The notes: generated by a model from the letters alone, not told the origin. A stretch of 55,342 nucleotides of DNA, filler included, from Squatina squatina (GCA_031763465.1; 3 parts of 3 records of this genome joined end to end with filler, not necessarily neighbours in it); one strand, 5' to 3'. Shown: positions 36,514 to 51,361, counted from the whole stretch's first letter. Program-made: numbers and translations.

Positions 36514-39036
36514 TTGTCGGTAAAATCAGGGTTTAAGAATCCTCAAATATGGCCAATGGATGCCAAAAGCATTTTTACCTTCCGAAGCATAACCCTAACT
36601 CACCTGGACAGTGAGCAAGACAAATNNNNNNNNNNNNNNNNNNNNNNNNNNNNNNNNNNNNNNNNNNNNNNNNNNNNNNNNNNNNNNNNNNNNNNNNNNN
36701 NNNNNNNNNNNNNNNNNNNNNNNNNGAGCAGAAATAAATGCCAAGGTGCAAGGAATTAGAGCATATGTAATTCAGTTTCCAGATCTGTCAGAACATAAGA
36801 GATAAAGAAAATTGATGTAGCTTGGCAAATTTTTCTTGCTTGATTTTTCTTTTGTAGGGCTTAAATTGAAATTTACAGTACATTCCTCTTAAAATATTGC
36901 TAGCAATAAATTCTTTATAATCTAATCTGATTACTAATCCTGCAATACATATATTTCAACAATATGTGATCAACTCCTATTAGACCATGATTTATCTGTG
37001 AGACAGATTAAATCTCTAATTATTTTGAGACAATGAGATTTAAAAGGAACAAAACTGTACGATCTGGTAAAATTTACTCACAACAGTTAAACCTAAATTT
37101 AAGTAACATTTTATTAACAATATTCTCCAGCAAAATGTCTGTCTAACCCTATCGGCTTTTAATGTGTAACACTCTTATGTCACCACCTCCAATTGCTCCC
37201 AACCAATCACAGACCTGTAAAGTAGTACTTCATCCCAGCTCAAAAGAATCTCTCAAGATACATCCCAAACTTGAANNNNNNNNNNNNNNNNNNNNNNNNN
37301 NNNNNNNNNNNNNNNNNNNNNNNNNNNNNNNNNNNNNNNNNNNNNNNNNNNNNNNNNNNNNNNNNNNNNNNNNNNTAAAGTGCTACTCATTTCTAAGATA
37401 TGTTTACATGTAGATTTTTGTATTTTGCGTGCAACCAATCAATAATAATATGCTCATCAACAACAATGAATGTTATGGCCATAAAGTCCATCTTTTCACT
37501 TTGCTTTGTACTGTCTTCTGTGAATCATTGGAAGGCAGTTTAAAAAAGAATGTTTAGGCGGAATTGCCCAAAGCAACTTCCTGTGGCTTCTGTTCAAGAT
37601 TCTCTTTAAACTTCAACAGCAGCCGTCAGAAATGGCAGAGCTCTCTGTAAACCAATATATTTACAAAGAAACCTCCCAGAAAGTTCCCATTGCTGATTTT
37701 GAGCTGCGGGTNNNNNNNNNNTTTATTTTCGTGCGAAATTGGATGACAGCATTTTTGCAGTTGACAGGATTTTACAGTAATAAGGTGGTATTTGTGGGTA
37801 GTATTACAGGAGCAGTTAAAATGAATCAGAGTTTTTTTTGTGCAAAACCTTATGATTCTTAACTCACTTGGGTTTGTTTATCCCACATCTTCCTCTCGCT
37901 TCAGTTTTACTACCATCACAGGCCTTGCTCTGCAGCAGCAAGATGCAGGTGTTCTGAGCAGTCTGATATCTGGCTGCATAAAAGTGATAGTTTCACTGTG
38001 ACTAGGTCGAGNNNNNNNNNNNNNNNNNNNNNNNNNNNNNNNNNNNNNNNNNNNNNNNNNNNNNNNNNNNNNNNNNNNNNNNNNNNNNNNNNNNNNNNNN
38101 NNNNNNNNNNNTGCTTCGGAAGAAAATCCCCAAAAGCCTGACATGACATCGTTTTTTTTACGTCATATTGGGATCTGAATTTCTTTTATATAACTCGTGG
38201 CCGACTGGCTGATTTATAACTGGGATTTAATGCACAATATCCTGTGGCAGGAAATGGAAGACTGACTTCATCAGGGCACAGGCTGAGTAGTGAGGCTGGA
38301 TCAGAACAGTTTTAAAAAAAGGTCTCCAGGAACGAGCTGCATCTACCCAGAGAATGAACCCTCTGTATATACAGAGCGAGAAAAACCACCAGACAGTCTG
38401 AGGATTTGGGAGGTTGCTCAGGTTTACATGAATGTCCAAATTTACTGAGTTTAAACATAGGTTTTATGTGGGCCCAGGCTCTGATTATGGAGGAAACCAC
38501 ACGGAAAATAAAAAGGCAGAAAGCCCTCAATTAACTATGTTTCTCAGTATGCGAACAAAGTACAGACAAAAATAGTTTCAGAAAGGAATGTCACAGGATG
38601 AATTGTTAGTGCGTGTGTGTACATTGAGCTTTTGTAAGTCTGAATGGTACATAATAATTTGTAAAGGCAACTATTAGTTGCCCCTTGCCGTGATTGGCCC
38701 CATTCCCACGTGCTGTGTGTAATGATCCCTGTGATCTGGCTGGATTCACAAATTCAATGGTACACTTCTCTCAAGTATCATAGATTAGCAGATTTCACTG
38801 CTCTGTCGCCTTGCTAAAATGAATTAATGCAATTAAAATGCTGGGATGTGACAAAAAGGTGGATTGTTTTAGGACACCACTATTCGTACATGCCTTAACT
38901 AAACCGATACAAGACAGGATTAAATGCTAATCACAGACCCCACCATAAGCAAATGATGTTCTGCTCACCTATCGAAGTTCTTGTCTGTTCACATTAATCA
39001 CACACGTAATGAGGTTTATTTTGGTTTTATGTTATA

Positions 39037-39136
39037 NNNNNNNNNNNNNNNNNNNNNNNNNNNNNNNNNNNNNNNNNNNNTTAATTAATTAANNNNNNNN
39101 NNNNNNNNNNNNNNNNNNNNNNNNNNNNNNNNNNNN
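39037..39136. other. Artificial scaffold linker
   Basis: 44 N + TTAATTAATTAA + 44 N, identical to the linker at 24414. Confidence 0.95.
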
Positions 39137-42100
39137 CACTTCACCATTAGTGATGGCTCCCATGGCCGAATAGCCCGATTTTTGCACTTTTCAAGAGGTC
39201 ATCCAAAATCACCGAAACTCATAAAATGGCCGTTCCAAGTTGCGCACAGTGATTTAAAAGCTTTTTATGGTCTCTAGAGTTATGCATCAAAAAAGGTGGG
39301 GAATGATGCACAATGATTTTGCGCCCTAATAGAAATGTAAGCACGAGTGTCACCGCCCCAAAAAAACAGGTGCTGTCACCACCCGTATAGCACCCAAAGA
39401 ATTGAGTCCAATTCTTTGTCGGGCATCCTCTGATGATGTCATGGAGGCCATTTTGCGCCTGGCACCACGTTTCTTGTGCTCCTGAGTTAGCGCCCGTTGA
39501 GCTCTGGCTCTAAACCTAGGCCAATTTTGCAAATTTCAATTTAGCGCCAGAAACTGCCCATTTAGCTCTAGTGCCGGAGTGCCAATTGGCCACCTTTTGT
39601 CCCGTGCCAAACCAGCAAATGGCAAGACTAATTTGTGCAAGGCCAATGACTCAGCTGTAACTTCATTATGGTTTCCTGGAAATGTAACAGAACTCCATTA
39701 AGGTACTAATTGAAAGTGGCACATTCTACTATACGCTGTCATGTCAATGGCACCTATAATTATATGGTATTTACTGTAATTACTAATATACTCCTGCACT
39801 TGTGTGGGAACTACCACATAACAGAGAGGCTGAGGGGAGAAATTATTTGGCAGCTGCGAACCTTGTCTGTTCATGCTTATACTTTTCAGGTTCTGTCATG
39901 TTGATTTTTTGTAAATATGTTGTAATTGCAAGGTGAATTCAAGGTGGTTGTTTGAGGTGGTACAATGATAGTCTTCAGCCTATTTCAAGCTGCAGAACAT
40001 GGAGCCTTTACTGAACTTTATTTTGTTAACTAGCATGCACATTGCTTGATCTCGATCCTCTTCCTCAAAGTTTAATTCTGGTGAACAAAGTTGATGCTAG
40101 TCTTAAAGACGAACATTGAAATAGTTACATAGAATGTTTCTTGACATTTTAGCAAAGTGTTTATTCCTTGCTGGCTTGTGCAGTGAGTGTAGATTCAATG
40201 TTATATAAAAACATAACTGACATATTATTTAGTAATAAAATATTAAAGTAAAGGAAATAAAGATTGGTCTTCTTTTATATTTGTGGGTTGGTTTCTTAAA
40301 ACTGAAGATCTTTATTTCAGCAAAAAGCCTGCACCGACAGGCTAAAGATATTTGCAGAGAACAGGAGACCTGTCAAATGCTAATCACAGCAACTAGCCCA
40401 GGACACAGCCATTTACATAACTCAGCCACACAATGGCAGAAGGCAGTTTCGATGTAACATGAGCCATTGCCACAACGGACACCGGTAGTCCAGACAGCAA
40501 GGCACCATCAGGGTCAATAGGAAGGGGTAGAACCCATTGTCAAAAACGCTTCACACCCACTCCAGGTGATGGGAAAAACATTCGAAACTCACTTGTACAT
40601 GATCACCATATGCATAAATAAACTTTAGCATTGTCTGATCGACATTGGCAAGGCAAAGGCGGGAACTAACACAACATTTTACAAAGAACTGCGCAACAGG
40701 TACCTACATTTTACAAGAGCCATGTCTAGCAGGTCCAGTTTAAACAAAAGAATAAGTCATATTGGTGCCAAACTCTTGGGCCAGGAAACAGTATGTCCGT
40801 CAGGCGCGCAGAGTGGCAGTTAGGTTCATTCTAGGTTCTTGAGGCTCTCCAGGTTCTCCAAGTTCTTCAGATTCTTCAGCTCCCGAGTAGCTTCTTCAGT
40901 TTCGCCTTTCCAGGTTCACTTCCAGGATCACCAGACTTTCAAGGCTTTGACTCCACCAGAGCTTCACTTCAAGCATGAGATTCATCAGAGTTTCAGCACC
41001 AGCTCCATCAGGAGCAGTTTCTTCAGATTCGTCAGAGCTCTGACTCCAACCAAAGTCCATTCCAACCGTAAAGAGTNNNNNNNNNNNNNNNNNNNNNNNN
41101 NNNNNNNNNNNNNNNNNNNNNNNNNNNNNNNNNNNNNNNNNNNNNNNNNNNNNNNNNNNNNNNNNNNNNNNNNNNNTACACAGATGGTTTTCACTTAACA
41201 ACAACTTTATATAGAGGATGGTGAATGCATGCAACAGACTGGCCAGGGGGAGCACAGATGGGAAAGTTACGGGAGAATTGGAAAGATGTTTGAAGGAATG
41301 CGTGATTGAGGAGTATGTGTTTTCTGAGATTCCTGATCCTGCACTTCACGGTGTCCCTGCTCTGCCTTGGCTGGCCGCACTGCCACCTCGCCAGTGTGCA
41401 TGTTGGCTCCAATATCCATCGCTTTACATTTTCCTACAATAAACTCCACGCGGGGCATTTTAACTCCACCCACCTGGCAGAAACCAAGTGGGGACAGTTA
41501 CAAAGGAGTGGGCTAATTGCCTGCTCTGTTCCCGGCTGCAATGATCTTAACGCCAGTGGATGAGACACCCGTTTAAATCAGGCAGGAGCCTCGTCCGTGG
41601 ATACAAATCAGGATCATGCTACATCAACAGGGCCCCAATGGCCCTTTCGTCTGCATACTGACAGCTGCTCTGTGGAGCCAGGAGAAGCAGGAATCACAAA
41701 GTCTCCTCTCTGCTACCCGGGATCCTCTTCCCCATCACCTTTGACACCCTGCCAAACCTCCCCACTCCCTCCGGCACACATTATCCAGCCGGAGAGCCGT
41801 TTCCTGGTTGCACGGTGATAACCAGCTGCTTCTTTCCTCCCGTTTCATGCGGGCAGCTGGCCGGAGGGATGTAAATGAGGCTCGGAGTTCAACTCGCCTG
41901 GGCCTCAAACTGATAACCTCAAGCGGGTTCACCCGCCCTCGCTATTCCTTAGCCCATCTGTTTCATTGTTGTAGATCTTTCTAAAGGCGCTTGGTGTCAT
42001 CAATATTACAAGAAATACCTTCCCCCAAGTTTATGTGTAGCATGAAGAGCAGGAGACCTAGAACAGGTGCCTCTGGCGGTCCGGCAGTCACTGCCCCCAG

Positions 42101-43406
42101 ACAGACTAACCTTGTAATCTTATGACTTCAAGTGAATTGCTTCATGCTTACAAAGATCTTTTGCCTGAAGGAGACATAAAGAAAACCTAATTTGTTTTGG
42201 GAAATAAATGCATGCAGTGAAGGAAACGTTATTAAAAACTTATTTATATCTGTCATTTATGTTATTTATTTAACTTTATTCCTCTTTTAGTGAATTGCTT
42301 CTTTGGTAAAGTAGAAAAATCATTAAAATAAACAGCCCAAGCTGTGTTTATAATTTTTACCTTAAATATGATTTAATATCTGCAAATTAGGTGACAGGGC
42401 AGCATATGGAGAGGCAAAACGCTGCCACCTCTTGAAGTTTGAACTTCTCATATTTTTATCTCAGTGCAGTTGACGTGCTTCTTCCCAGTTACCCTGGTAG
42501 AAGATAAAAGTAGTGCTTAGAATGTAAACAAAGAAAGGAATTGCGTTTCTATAGCACCTTTCATGACACCCGGACGTCCCAAAGCGCTTCAAGCCGTCTA
42601 CTTGCAACTTCACAAAAGCAAAATACTGCGGATGCTGGAAATCTGAAATATAATGGTCCTGAAATCGCGATCTCCCTGGGTGGGAATGATGTTCCCACAC
42701 AGCCAGGGAGACCTCACAAATGCCGGATCTGTGGCTGCTCATCGCAAGCCTGCAGATCGGGCATTTGCGATCTGTGTTGACAGATCAAACGCTTGCGCTG
42801 GAAAAGTGATTTCCAGCGCTGAGCTTTGCGAGATTTTTGCAAAGCTTGCACTGAAAATCTCTTAAACTTTTTTACACATGGTAAAACCTGGTGAATATGC
42901 TTGATTTTACTGGCGTAAGAGTTGTAAAAAAATTTTAAAACAAAAAAGTTAATGGTACATTACTTTAAAACCATTCCCATCAAGTATNNNNNNNNNNNNN
43001 NNNNNNNNNNNNNNNNNNNNNNNNNNNNNNNNNNNNNNNNNNNNNNNNNNNNNNNNNNNNNNNNNNNNNNNNNNNNNNNNNNNNNNNCTGCAATAAAGTG
43101 GCTGTTCTAAAAGGCACAAAGTGGGTGGTAAAATTACCAACAAACTGAAAATTCTGCCCACAATTTATTTTTTTCTAAATGTCATACATCATAACACAAT
43201 AGGCACCACTTAGCCTTGAAATGCATCAATCTTGAATTCAAGGTCGTGATCCATTAGAGTTAAATTACATGATTCATTTTCGAAGGATTCTTTACTTAAC
43301 CACTGGAAGTAAACATTCCCAATCTATGAGAATGGCAGTCAAGCATAATAATGGCAAGTTCTCCTTATATAACTTGTTTGTGACTTTTAACTTATTCTGT
43401 ACATAG

Positions 43407-43427
43407 ATCTATCTATCTATCTATCTA
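43407..43427. repeat. (ATCT)5 microsatellite
   Basis: atctatctatctatctatcta. Confidence 0.9.
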
Positions 43428-46400
43428 CAAAGAAACGTATATGATGTGCACTTCTTGTCTGTCACACCTCCTATATCACACTATGCGATTCCATTTTCTA
43501 ACATGCAAATGTCTTGCAACTGATTGATGTAAAATTCATACTCACAAAACAGCATCAAAAGCCTGGAACTATGGTCAGAGAGAAAAGCCTACAGAGAGAA
43601 AACAGAAACTGAACCAATCAAATTGCATAAACTGTTCTTTTTAAATTTTATTAACCTTTCGTCTACCATTTTTCTTTCTCACAAACTCAAAGCATCCAGT
43701 GTGTAGGGTGAGATAGAAGTGGGAAGGTANNNNNNNNNNNNNNNNNNNNNNNNNNNNNNNNNNNNNNNNNNNNNNNNNNNNNNNNNNNNNNNNNNNNNNN
43801 NNNNNNNNNNNNNNNNNNNNNNNNNNNNNCAGAATGTAGCTGTGGGTTTGTCCAAGGGGCAAATCAAGTCTGGAATAGTATCAGGGGAAGTAGGGAGGCA
43901 AAGGAGCTGTGAAGAGTTGGGGGTAGGGATTAGGGGCCAATGTAGCCAAGAGGGTAAAAATGAAAGGTGACAGTAAGGAGAAGAGACAGAAGAAAAGAGC
44001 CCAAGAGGGTCCAAGCGAAAAACAAAGGGAAATAGAAAAAATGGGCTCAGGACCGGAGCAACAAAAATTACATTGAGTGTAAGTTTTTTCATATTGTCTT
44101 TGAGCTCCCTTTACCTCTCTTTTAGTTTCTATTCGTAGAGTAAGATGTTTCTTGTGACTCCTTTTTGTGTTACTAGCTTTAGTTGTGTCATATGCCTTGC
44201 CTTTATTTTCAACCTAAACTGTACAAAACTGATACAGCATAAGAATTTTTACTCAGCCAAGTTCTGCATTCAAACTTTATCGCAAATAAAACACAAGCCT
44301 CATTGTCGATATCAAAACAGTCTAATACTCTTTATTAATTAATTATTATTTTAAATGTAATATATTTATGTAAAAAGTGACCTCAGGGGGTTTAGTTTCC
44401 TCTGGTCATGCACTAGTTAAGGCACTCATGTAAAACATATTGTGGACTTTTTAAACATATCATTTAACACATTTAAAATAACCAGCGAGCCTCCAGATTT
44501 CTTTATTTACCTGTTTTATCTTTATTTGAACGATGGGCATTAACTTTGTTAAAATCTGCAGTTCCTCCGTGGACTACACATTACCTCAAACAACCTTAGT
44601 TTCATAATGCCTTTCAGGGCTATGGGGTCAGTGGAGCACAAAGCAGCTTTGGCGGATTACCAAACAGGTGACACCAAGATTAAGCCCTGTTTCCTTATGT
44701 GGCTTTATGAGGTTTACTTCAACCAATGCTTGTAAAACATGAGCCGACTGAATTAATCCCAGTTTCACCAAAAATAAACTATAAACCACTGCAGCATACA
44801 TAATATGAAAGCTCGATGTGCTTCTAAATGCTAAAAGTGTAAGAGCAACAAGTTACGTAGAAATAAGACCAAATAGTTTTACTCCACCAGTGTCAGTGTC
44901 ACAGATAAATATTGACCTGTGACACACAGATTTCATCATAGGCATGTTTGCATTCTGTGTGCTGTTTCTCTAGTACTTTCACATCATTATTAACTAATAA
45001 CCTTGCCAGTAAAAGTTACAATTTTACAACCTTACTCACATGTAGTAAACAAAGCGTCCCCTCGCCCCTCACCCCTCCCCCAAGAACTTCCATGGAAATT
45101 AACTGAGTCATACAGCATATATTCAGAGATGACTGATTTCTGGTTCACGGGCCCTGAAATTCGAAGGGATTCTCTTTGTCTCCTGACATAACTTTGGCTG
45201 GAATCCCTGAGGAAATTACATAAACAGCTAACAACGACAATTTGCCTCGTTCCCTGAAAGTTCNNNNNNNNNNNNNNNNNNNNNNNNNNNNNNNNNNNNN
45301 NNNNNNNNNNNNNNNNNNNNNNNNNNNNNNNNNNNNNNNNNNNNNNNNNNNNNNNNNNNNNNNNNNNNNNNNNNNNNNNNNNNNNNNNNNNNNNNNNNNN
45401 NNNNNNNNNNNNNNNNNNNNNNNNNNNNNNNNNNNNNNNNNNNNNNNNNNNNNNNNNNNNNNNNNNNNNNNNNNNNNNNNNNNNNNNNNNNNNNNNNNNN
45501 NNNNNNNNNNNNNNNNNNNNNNNNNNNNNNNNNNNNNNNNNNNNNNNNNNNNNNNNNNNNNNNNNNNNNNNNNNNNNNNNNNNNNNNNNNNNNNNNNNNN
45601 NNNNNNNNNNNNNNNNNNNNNNNNNNNNNNNNNNNNNNNNNNNNNNNNNNNNNNNNNNNNNNNNNNNNNNNNNNNNNNNNNNNNNNNNNNNNNNNNNNNN
45701 NNNNNNNNNNNNNNNNNNNNNNNNNNNNNNNNNNNNNNNNNNNNNNNNNNNNNNNNNNNNNNNNNNNNNNNNNNNNNNNNNNNNNNNNNNNNNNNNNNNN
45801 NNNNNNNNNNNNNNNNNNNNNNNNNNNNNNNNNNNNNNNNNNNNNNNNNNNNNNNNNNNNNNNNNNNNNNNNNNNNNNNNNNNNNNNNNNNNNNNNNNNN
45901 NNNNNNNNNNNNNNNNNNNNNNNNNNNNNNNNNNNNNNNNNNNNNNNNNNNNNNNNNNNNNNNNNNNNNNNNNNNNNNNNNNNNNNNNNNNNNNNNNNNN
46001 NNNNNNNNNNNNNNNNNNNNNNNNNNNNNNNNNNNNNNNNNNNNNNNNNNNNNNNNNNNNNNNNNNNNNNNNNNNNNNNNNNNNNNNNNNNNNNNNNNNN
46101 NNNNNNNNNNNNNNNNNNNNNNNNNNNNNNNNNNNNNNNNNNNNNNNNNNNNNNNNNNNNNNNNNNNNNNNNATAACTTTGGTGGTCAGGGAGAAATTAG
46201 GCAAAACATTTCCCAAGGAAATTAAATAAGTTGATTTGAGTCCATGAAATGGAAGATTGCACAAGGTCTAAGAAGCTGCTTTGCTGGGCCAAGTAGCTTT
46301 TTCTTGTTCTATGCTTCTTATGTTCTTATGGCACAATCGGGCCATTAAAATGCAAAAAGGTTGCAAGCGCTATTGAACCAAATCAGGCATTTGGCATGCG

Positions 46401-49400
46401 CAGACATGGGGCCTTTCTTGTCTGTAATGGTCAGTACATTACAATGGTGGATGGTATCAGTGCATAGAGCTTCTAGTGTGTTCTGGAATTGAGCATCGTA
46501 AAAGTCTATTCAACATATTTGAAATTATGGAGCTGCCAGTTGCTTTACCTACTTAGTTGTGCCAATCAATTGCCCAAAGCAAATTTGGTGCACTTCAGCT
46601 TTTCATTCAAGCATTTAACAGTTATGGAACATAGCCACCATTTTAAAAATCCTCTATAAAATTCATCAAAATATGGGTATTAATCTGTACACTACTGGAA
46701 ATGCAAAGCATGGCTCTGAATCTTAGAGGGAGCCACCCTAGTATTTTTAATCAGACCTTTGCGAGCACATTCCATGGGGAAAGAATTTCTCCGGTCACTT
46801 TGTGTAGCAGAATAATAAACACAAATAGCCTAGATTTTAACTCCCGGTAGAAGTCGTGCAGGTGGGGATCGAGGTGGACAGGAAACAGTCCTACTCTCTG
46901 CACCTGGCAGATTTTAACTCCCAGGTGTCATCTGCATGGGCCCCATCAGTATCCCACCTGAACCGGGCAGGCAGTGCATGCTGACTAGTGGGCATGAGCA
47001 ATCTGTTCCTGGGACCCAAAGGAACAGTCCTCAGCTTTCAGCCAAGTGGCTGGGGAGTGGGGGAAGGGGATTTGCCTTTTTGAAATTCTTAATGAATATT
47101 GACCTTATTTTTGACTAATTTTAGGTGCATTGCTTATTGTCTTTGAGCACAGCAAGTCACATAAGGATNNNNNNNNNNTAAGGATATGGTGCTTGCGTTT
47201 TTTTTTTAGAACAGCAATACAAAGCTAAGCAAAAGAAAAGAATTAAGATTTGTCTTTGGTACTCCTTAATCCAATAATGCTTTATTCACCCTGGGTGCCA
47301 TAAATCCAGCACAGTTACAAAATTGCAATTTTTTGGACACAAATCTCTCAGAAATCCCCGCTAAATCTGATTAAGTTCCAATTTAAAGTAGAATTATGCT
47401 GCAAAAAGTTTAGATGTCTAATACTTGCTTTCTATTTTCAGTAGGTCAGATGAGGCTAGCATGCTTGTGATTCAAAGCCGAATTTNNNNNNNNNNNNNNN
47501 NNNNNNNNNNNNNNNNNNNNNNNNNNNNNNNNNNNNNNNNNNNNNNNNNNNNNNNNNNNNNNNNNNNNNNNNNNNNNNNNNNNNNNNNNNNNNNNNNNNN
47601 NNNNNNNNNNNNNNNNNNNNNNNNNNNNNNNNNNNNNNNNNNNNNNNNNNNNNNNNNNNNNNNNNNNNNNNNNNNNNNNNNNNNNNNNNAATATCCCTTT
47701 ATTGTAAAAGCCCTGGGATCTTAAAAATAAGCATTTTATTCAGTTTGTGCCAGAATAGGTCATTTGAGGCTTTCATTTTATCACAAGTGTTTACCCCTTA
47801 AAATAAGGCAAGGTTTGTACTATTTTTAATTATAGTGTCTGTTAATAAGGATATAAGAACAGTACTTTAGGTTATTTTAGGAGCTACTAATCCAGTGCAC
47901 ATTCAGCAACAACATGACTAAGCACTTGTTTTGCCTACATATTTAATGGGAACAGGCCCTTTATTGTACAGAGGGTTACGCTGATCATTTTCTTCAAAAA
48001 AGTTAAATATAGTGATATTTTGGCATGTAATAATATGTCAAGCCGCACGGCCAATTGCCATGAATCTTGTCTCATTGAATATATTTGATTATTTCATAGT
48101 CCTATCCTGTGCTGTAGAGGGATATATAACTTGTACTTCAGGTTTATTCATTAATGCTTCTAACACTTGCTCCTGACCATATCATCTAATCAACAAATTA
48201 TAGTCATCGTATCCTATTGTCAAAATCCAACTTACATTTTCAAAGTTAGGCACCGTCAGACAAAATTCTAAATGGCTGTTAGCAGTAGTCTGAATTCTTT
48301 TAACCAATGGCTTTGAAATGTTTTAGTCAACCGCCAGAATACAATATTTATATATAGTACACCTTGTTCAAAATCTTGCTTTCTTTGGAAACTACAAAAG
48401 TGCACATGAGTTTCAAGATTGCCAAGTGTCATTTATTGATGAATGAGAATATGTGAAAACAAAAGGAGACATTTTAGTTGCTGCAGTCTTAGTTTTTCCT
48501 ATATTTGTAATATTTCATTCTGTCTGCAATAGTTCTAAACCATCATCATAGTTTTATGCATAACTTCTAGCCAATGTAATCTATTGGAACAGAGGTGTCA
48601 GAATTTACATTTGCCTTGGATTTTATATGAAATCCCAGATTTAGCTATCAATTTTTATTTGACTTGAATTTACATTGAAGGATTCAAAAGGTCAAACTTA
48701 TGTTGAAGGATTCAAAAAGTCAAACTCACTACATCAATACTAACAGCATCATTGGCCACTTGCCTGCCTCTGAGTTGGCAACATTACAGTTCAGTTGAAG
48801 ATTACCACAGCCTAACCGTAACTGGATTCAGTTCAACATAATATGCTATTACATTTATAACTGAAGCACTACAGCACATACTGTGCTCGTTTTTTTTAAA
48901 GTTGAGTGAGAAGGTAATAACCAACATTTGTAAGCCTCCTGTCCAAGTCTATTAGACTGATTCAAAGTAAAGATCTTACCACTCTCTTAGTCCGGTGACA
49001 GCTTAGTCTCAAAGCTTTCAATCTTCTACAGCACTAGTTCCACATCAGGTCCACTTTCCCAGCAATTCATGCTCAATCCTCTTCCAACTTGGCAGTGGAT
49101 TTCTTCTAGTTCTTGAATTTCTTATACTTGAAGAGCTTGAGCAAATATTGGATAACTTTTTTTGAACTTTAAAAAAAATCTTACATTTTTTAATAGTCTA
49201 GATACTTTTCAAATTCTCACATGTTCCTTTGCTCATCTTTTGCTCCAGATGATCTCTAGAATTCCCCTATTCAGTTAAGACTTCAACGCTATCTTCTGCA
49301 ACAGTAACAGAAACCTCATAGTTAAACAAACTAACAGTCACCACACAACTAAAGCAAAATCCCTTTCTCAAATATAGCCTACACCTGATACTCTCCTTTT

Positions 49401-49517
49401 CATTCAAACAATTTTGANNNNNNNNNNNNNNNNNNNNNNNNNNNNNNNNNNNNNNNNNNNNNNNNNNNNNNNNNNNNNNNNNNNNNNNNNNNNNNNNNNN
49501 NNNNNNNNNNNNNNNNN

Positions 49518-49807
49518 ATCTGTTTTAGTGATGTTGGTTGAGGGATAAATATTGACCAGGACATTAGGGATAACTCCCCTGCTCTTCTTTGAAATAGTGC
49601 CATGAGATCTTTTACATCCACCTGAGAGAGCAGACGGGGCCTGGGCATCATGACTAATCTGAAAGACGGCACCTCTGACAGTGCAGCACTCCCTCAGCGC
49701 TGCACTGGAGCGCCAGCCTGAATTTATGTTCTCATGTTCCGGGATGGGCCTCAAACCCATGACTTTCTGACACAGAGGTGAGAGTGCTACCAATAAGCTG
49801 AAGCTGA
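49518..49807 (-). mobile_element. Deu-SINE/SacSINE1-type SINE, 5' part with colinear head
   Basis: Deu core joined in the same orientation to the tRNA-like head (rc: tggtagcactctcacctctgtgtcagaaagtcatgggtttgaggccc). Confidence 0.8.
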
Positions 49808-51361
49808 AATCAAATCCTGAAACTAGTATGGACACATAGGATTCTATTACTTAACCTCAAATATTGTTCCAACAGCCTTCAGTGACTTGCTTGCTCGTGG
49901 TAGCCTGTCCTTAAAAATCAATTAGTCAGGCAAAGTTCACTATCAGGGCTTGCAGACTTGTGTGAGCTATTAGGGAGGGCGGCTGGGAAATCAATACCAG
50001 TAGAGCCATACCCAAGCGATGAATCAATGCCTTCAGAAGAGGGCAGGACAGAAAACTGACTGCTGTTCTTACTTGTAAGCAGCAATTTCTCTACATGTGT
50101 TGAAATGTTTACAGTTCTTGGGTGTACCAATTCACTGCTAACTCCCTAAGGGCTTTTGTTATGTTCCAAGATGACTCATAAAGAGTTTTGTTAGGTACTT
50201 GTTCCTTCAGTGCATAAAATGTTTATTTCGTGAAACTATTGTTTCATAACACTTCCTAGATTCCCAGAACAAAATAGAGCATTGCGTCATTGCAGATCAC
50301 ATTTTCTGCCTCATTGAGTGTTGTGGTTTAAATTTAAATTTTAAAATAATTGTTATGTCCTTGTTGTTTCCTGAGTTTCAGTCATTTGTACTTAAGTAAC
50401 AATTTTGGTTTGACTTTAATTTTTGATCTTGGAGTTTTTTCTTTATTTTCATTCAATTGTTTTTTTTGCTCCCATTGGTTGGCTTACAGCAATGCCATTC
50501 CCATCAGAAGCTGGGAATCTAAAATATTTCCCTTTGCACTTGCTATATAAAAGATATACATGTGAATATAGTTTTGAAGGGTGACATGGATTGCATAAAC
50601 ATATAAAGAACTGTACAGTTGTTCAGTACTAATACTGTAGGTTACAACTTAGTTCTACACCAAGACTGATCAGAGACAAAAGCATAACAATAAATATGAA
50701 TAACAAAGGATATGTTGTTAGAAGTGAAGCAGAGAAACCTGGAAATGATTGTTAACCGAAAGCTGAATTTGTGGGGAAAGATTGCCAAGCAGTAGAATAT
50801 TGTATAATTAAACTGAAAATGGTTAAGTCCGAGATAGTGATACCATTGTACAAAGCACTCACAAGTGACTCCTAGAGTTATGGCTTTAGTAGATCAAAAA
50901 ACATAAAAGCATTGGAAATTGTTCAAAGAAAAGCAAACAAGGATTGCTCAGGGTCTTAAAGCATTGAGCTGTGAAGGGAGGCTTAGATAGCATGACTGGT
51001 TCTCACAAGAAAAGAATCTAAAAAGTAGCACAATTCAAACTTTTGAAACATGAATGGAATGGACATGGTGCATGAGGAGATGCTTTGAGCAGAACCAGTA
51101 GATAATCAAGGCAAGAAAGCCATTTAACTTCCTGTAGTAATGTCTTTACAATTAGAGATGTTAATTTGCAGGATATACTGTCACCAGTGCAGTAAATGCT
51201 GAATTCAAAAATTTTAACAAGGAAATGGACAATTACAAATGCAAACCTCAAGGAAATGTGTGAAGAAATTAATTCAATAAATACAGGAACCATATCTAAG
51301 AATTGGGGGATAGCAAATGTGATCATGATGTTCAAAAGAGGCCTGGAAATTATGGACTCAT

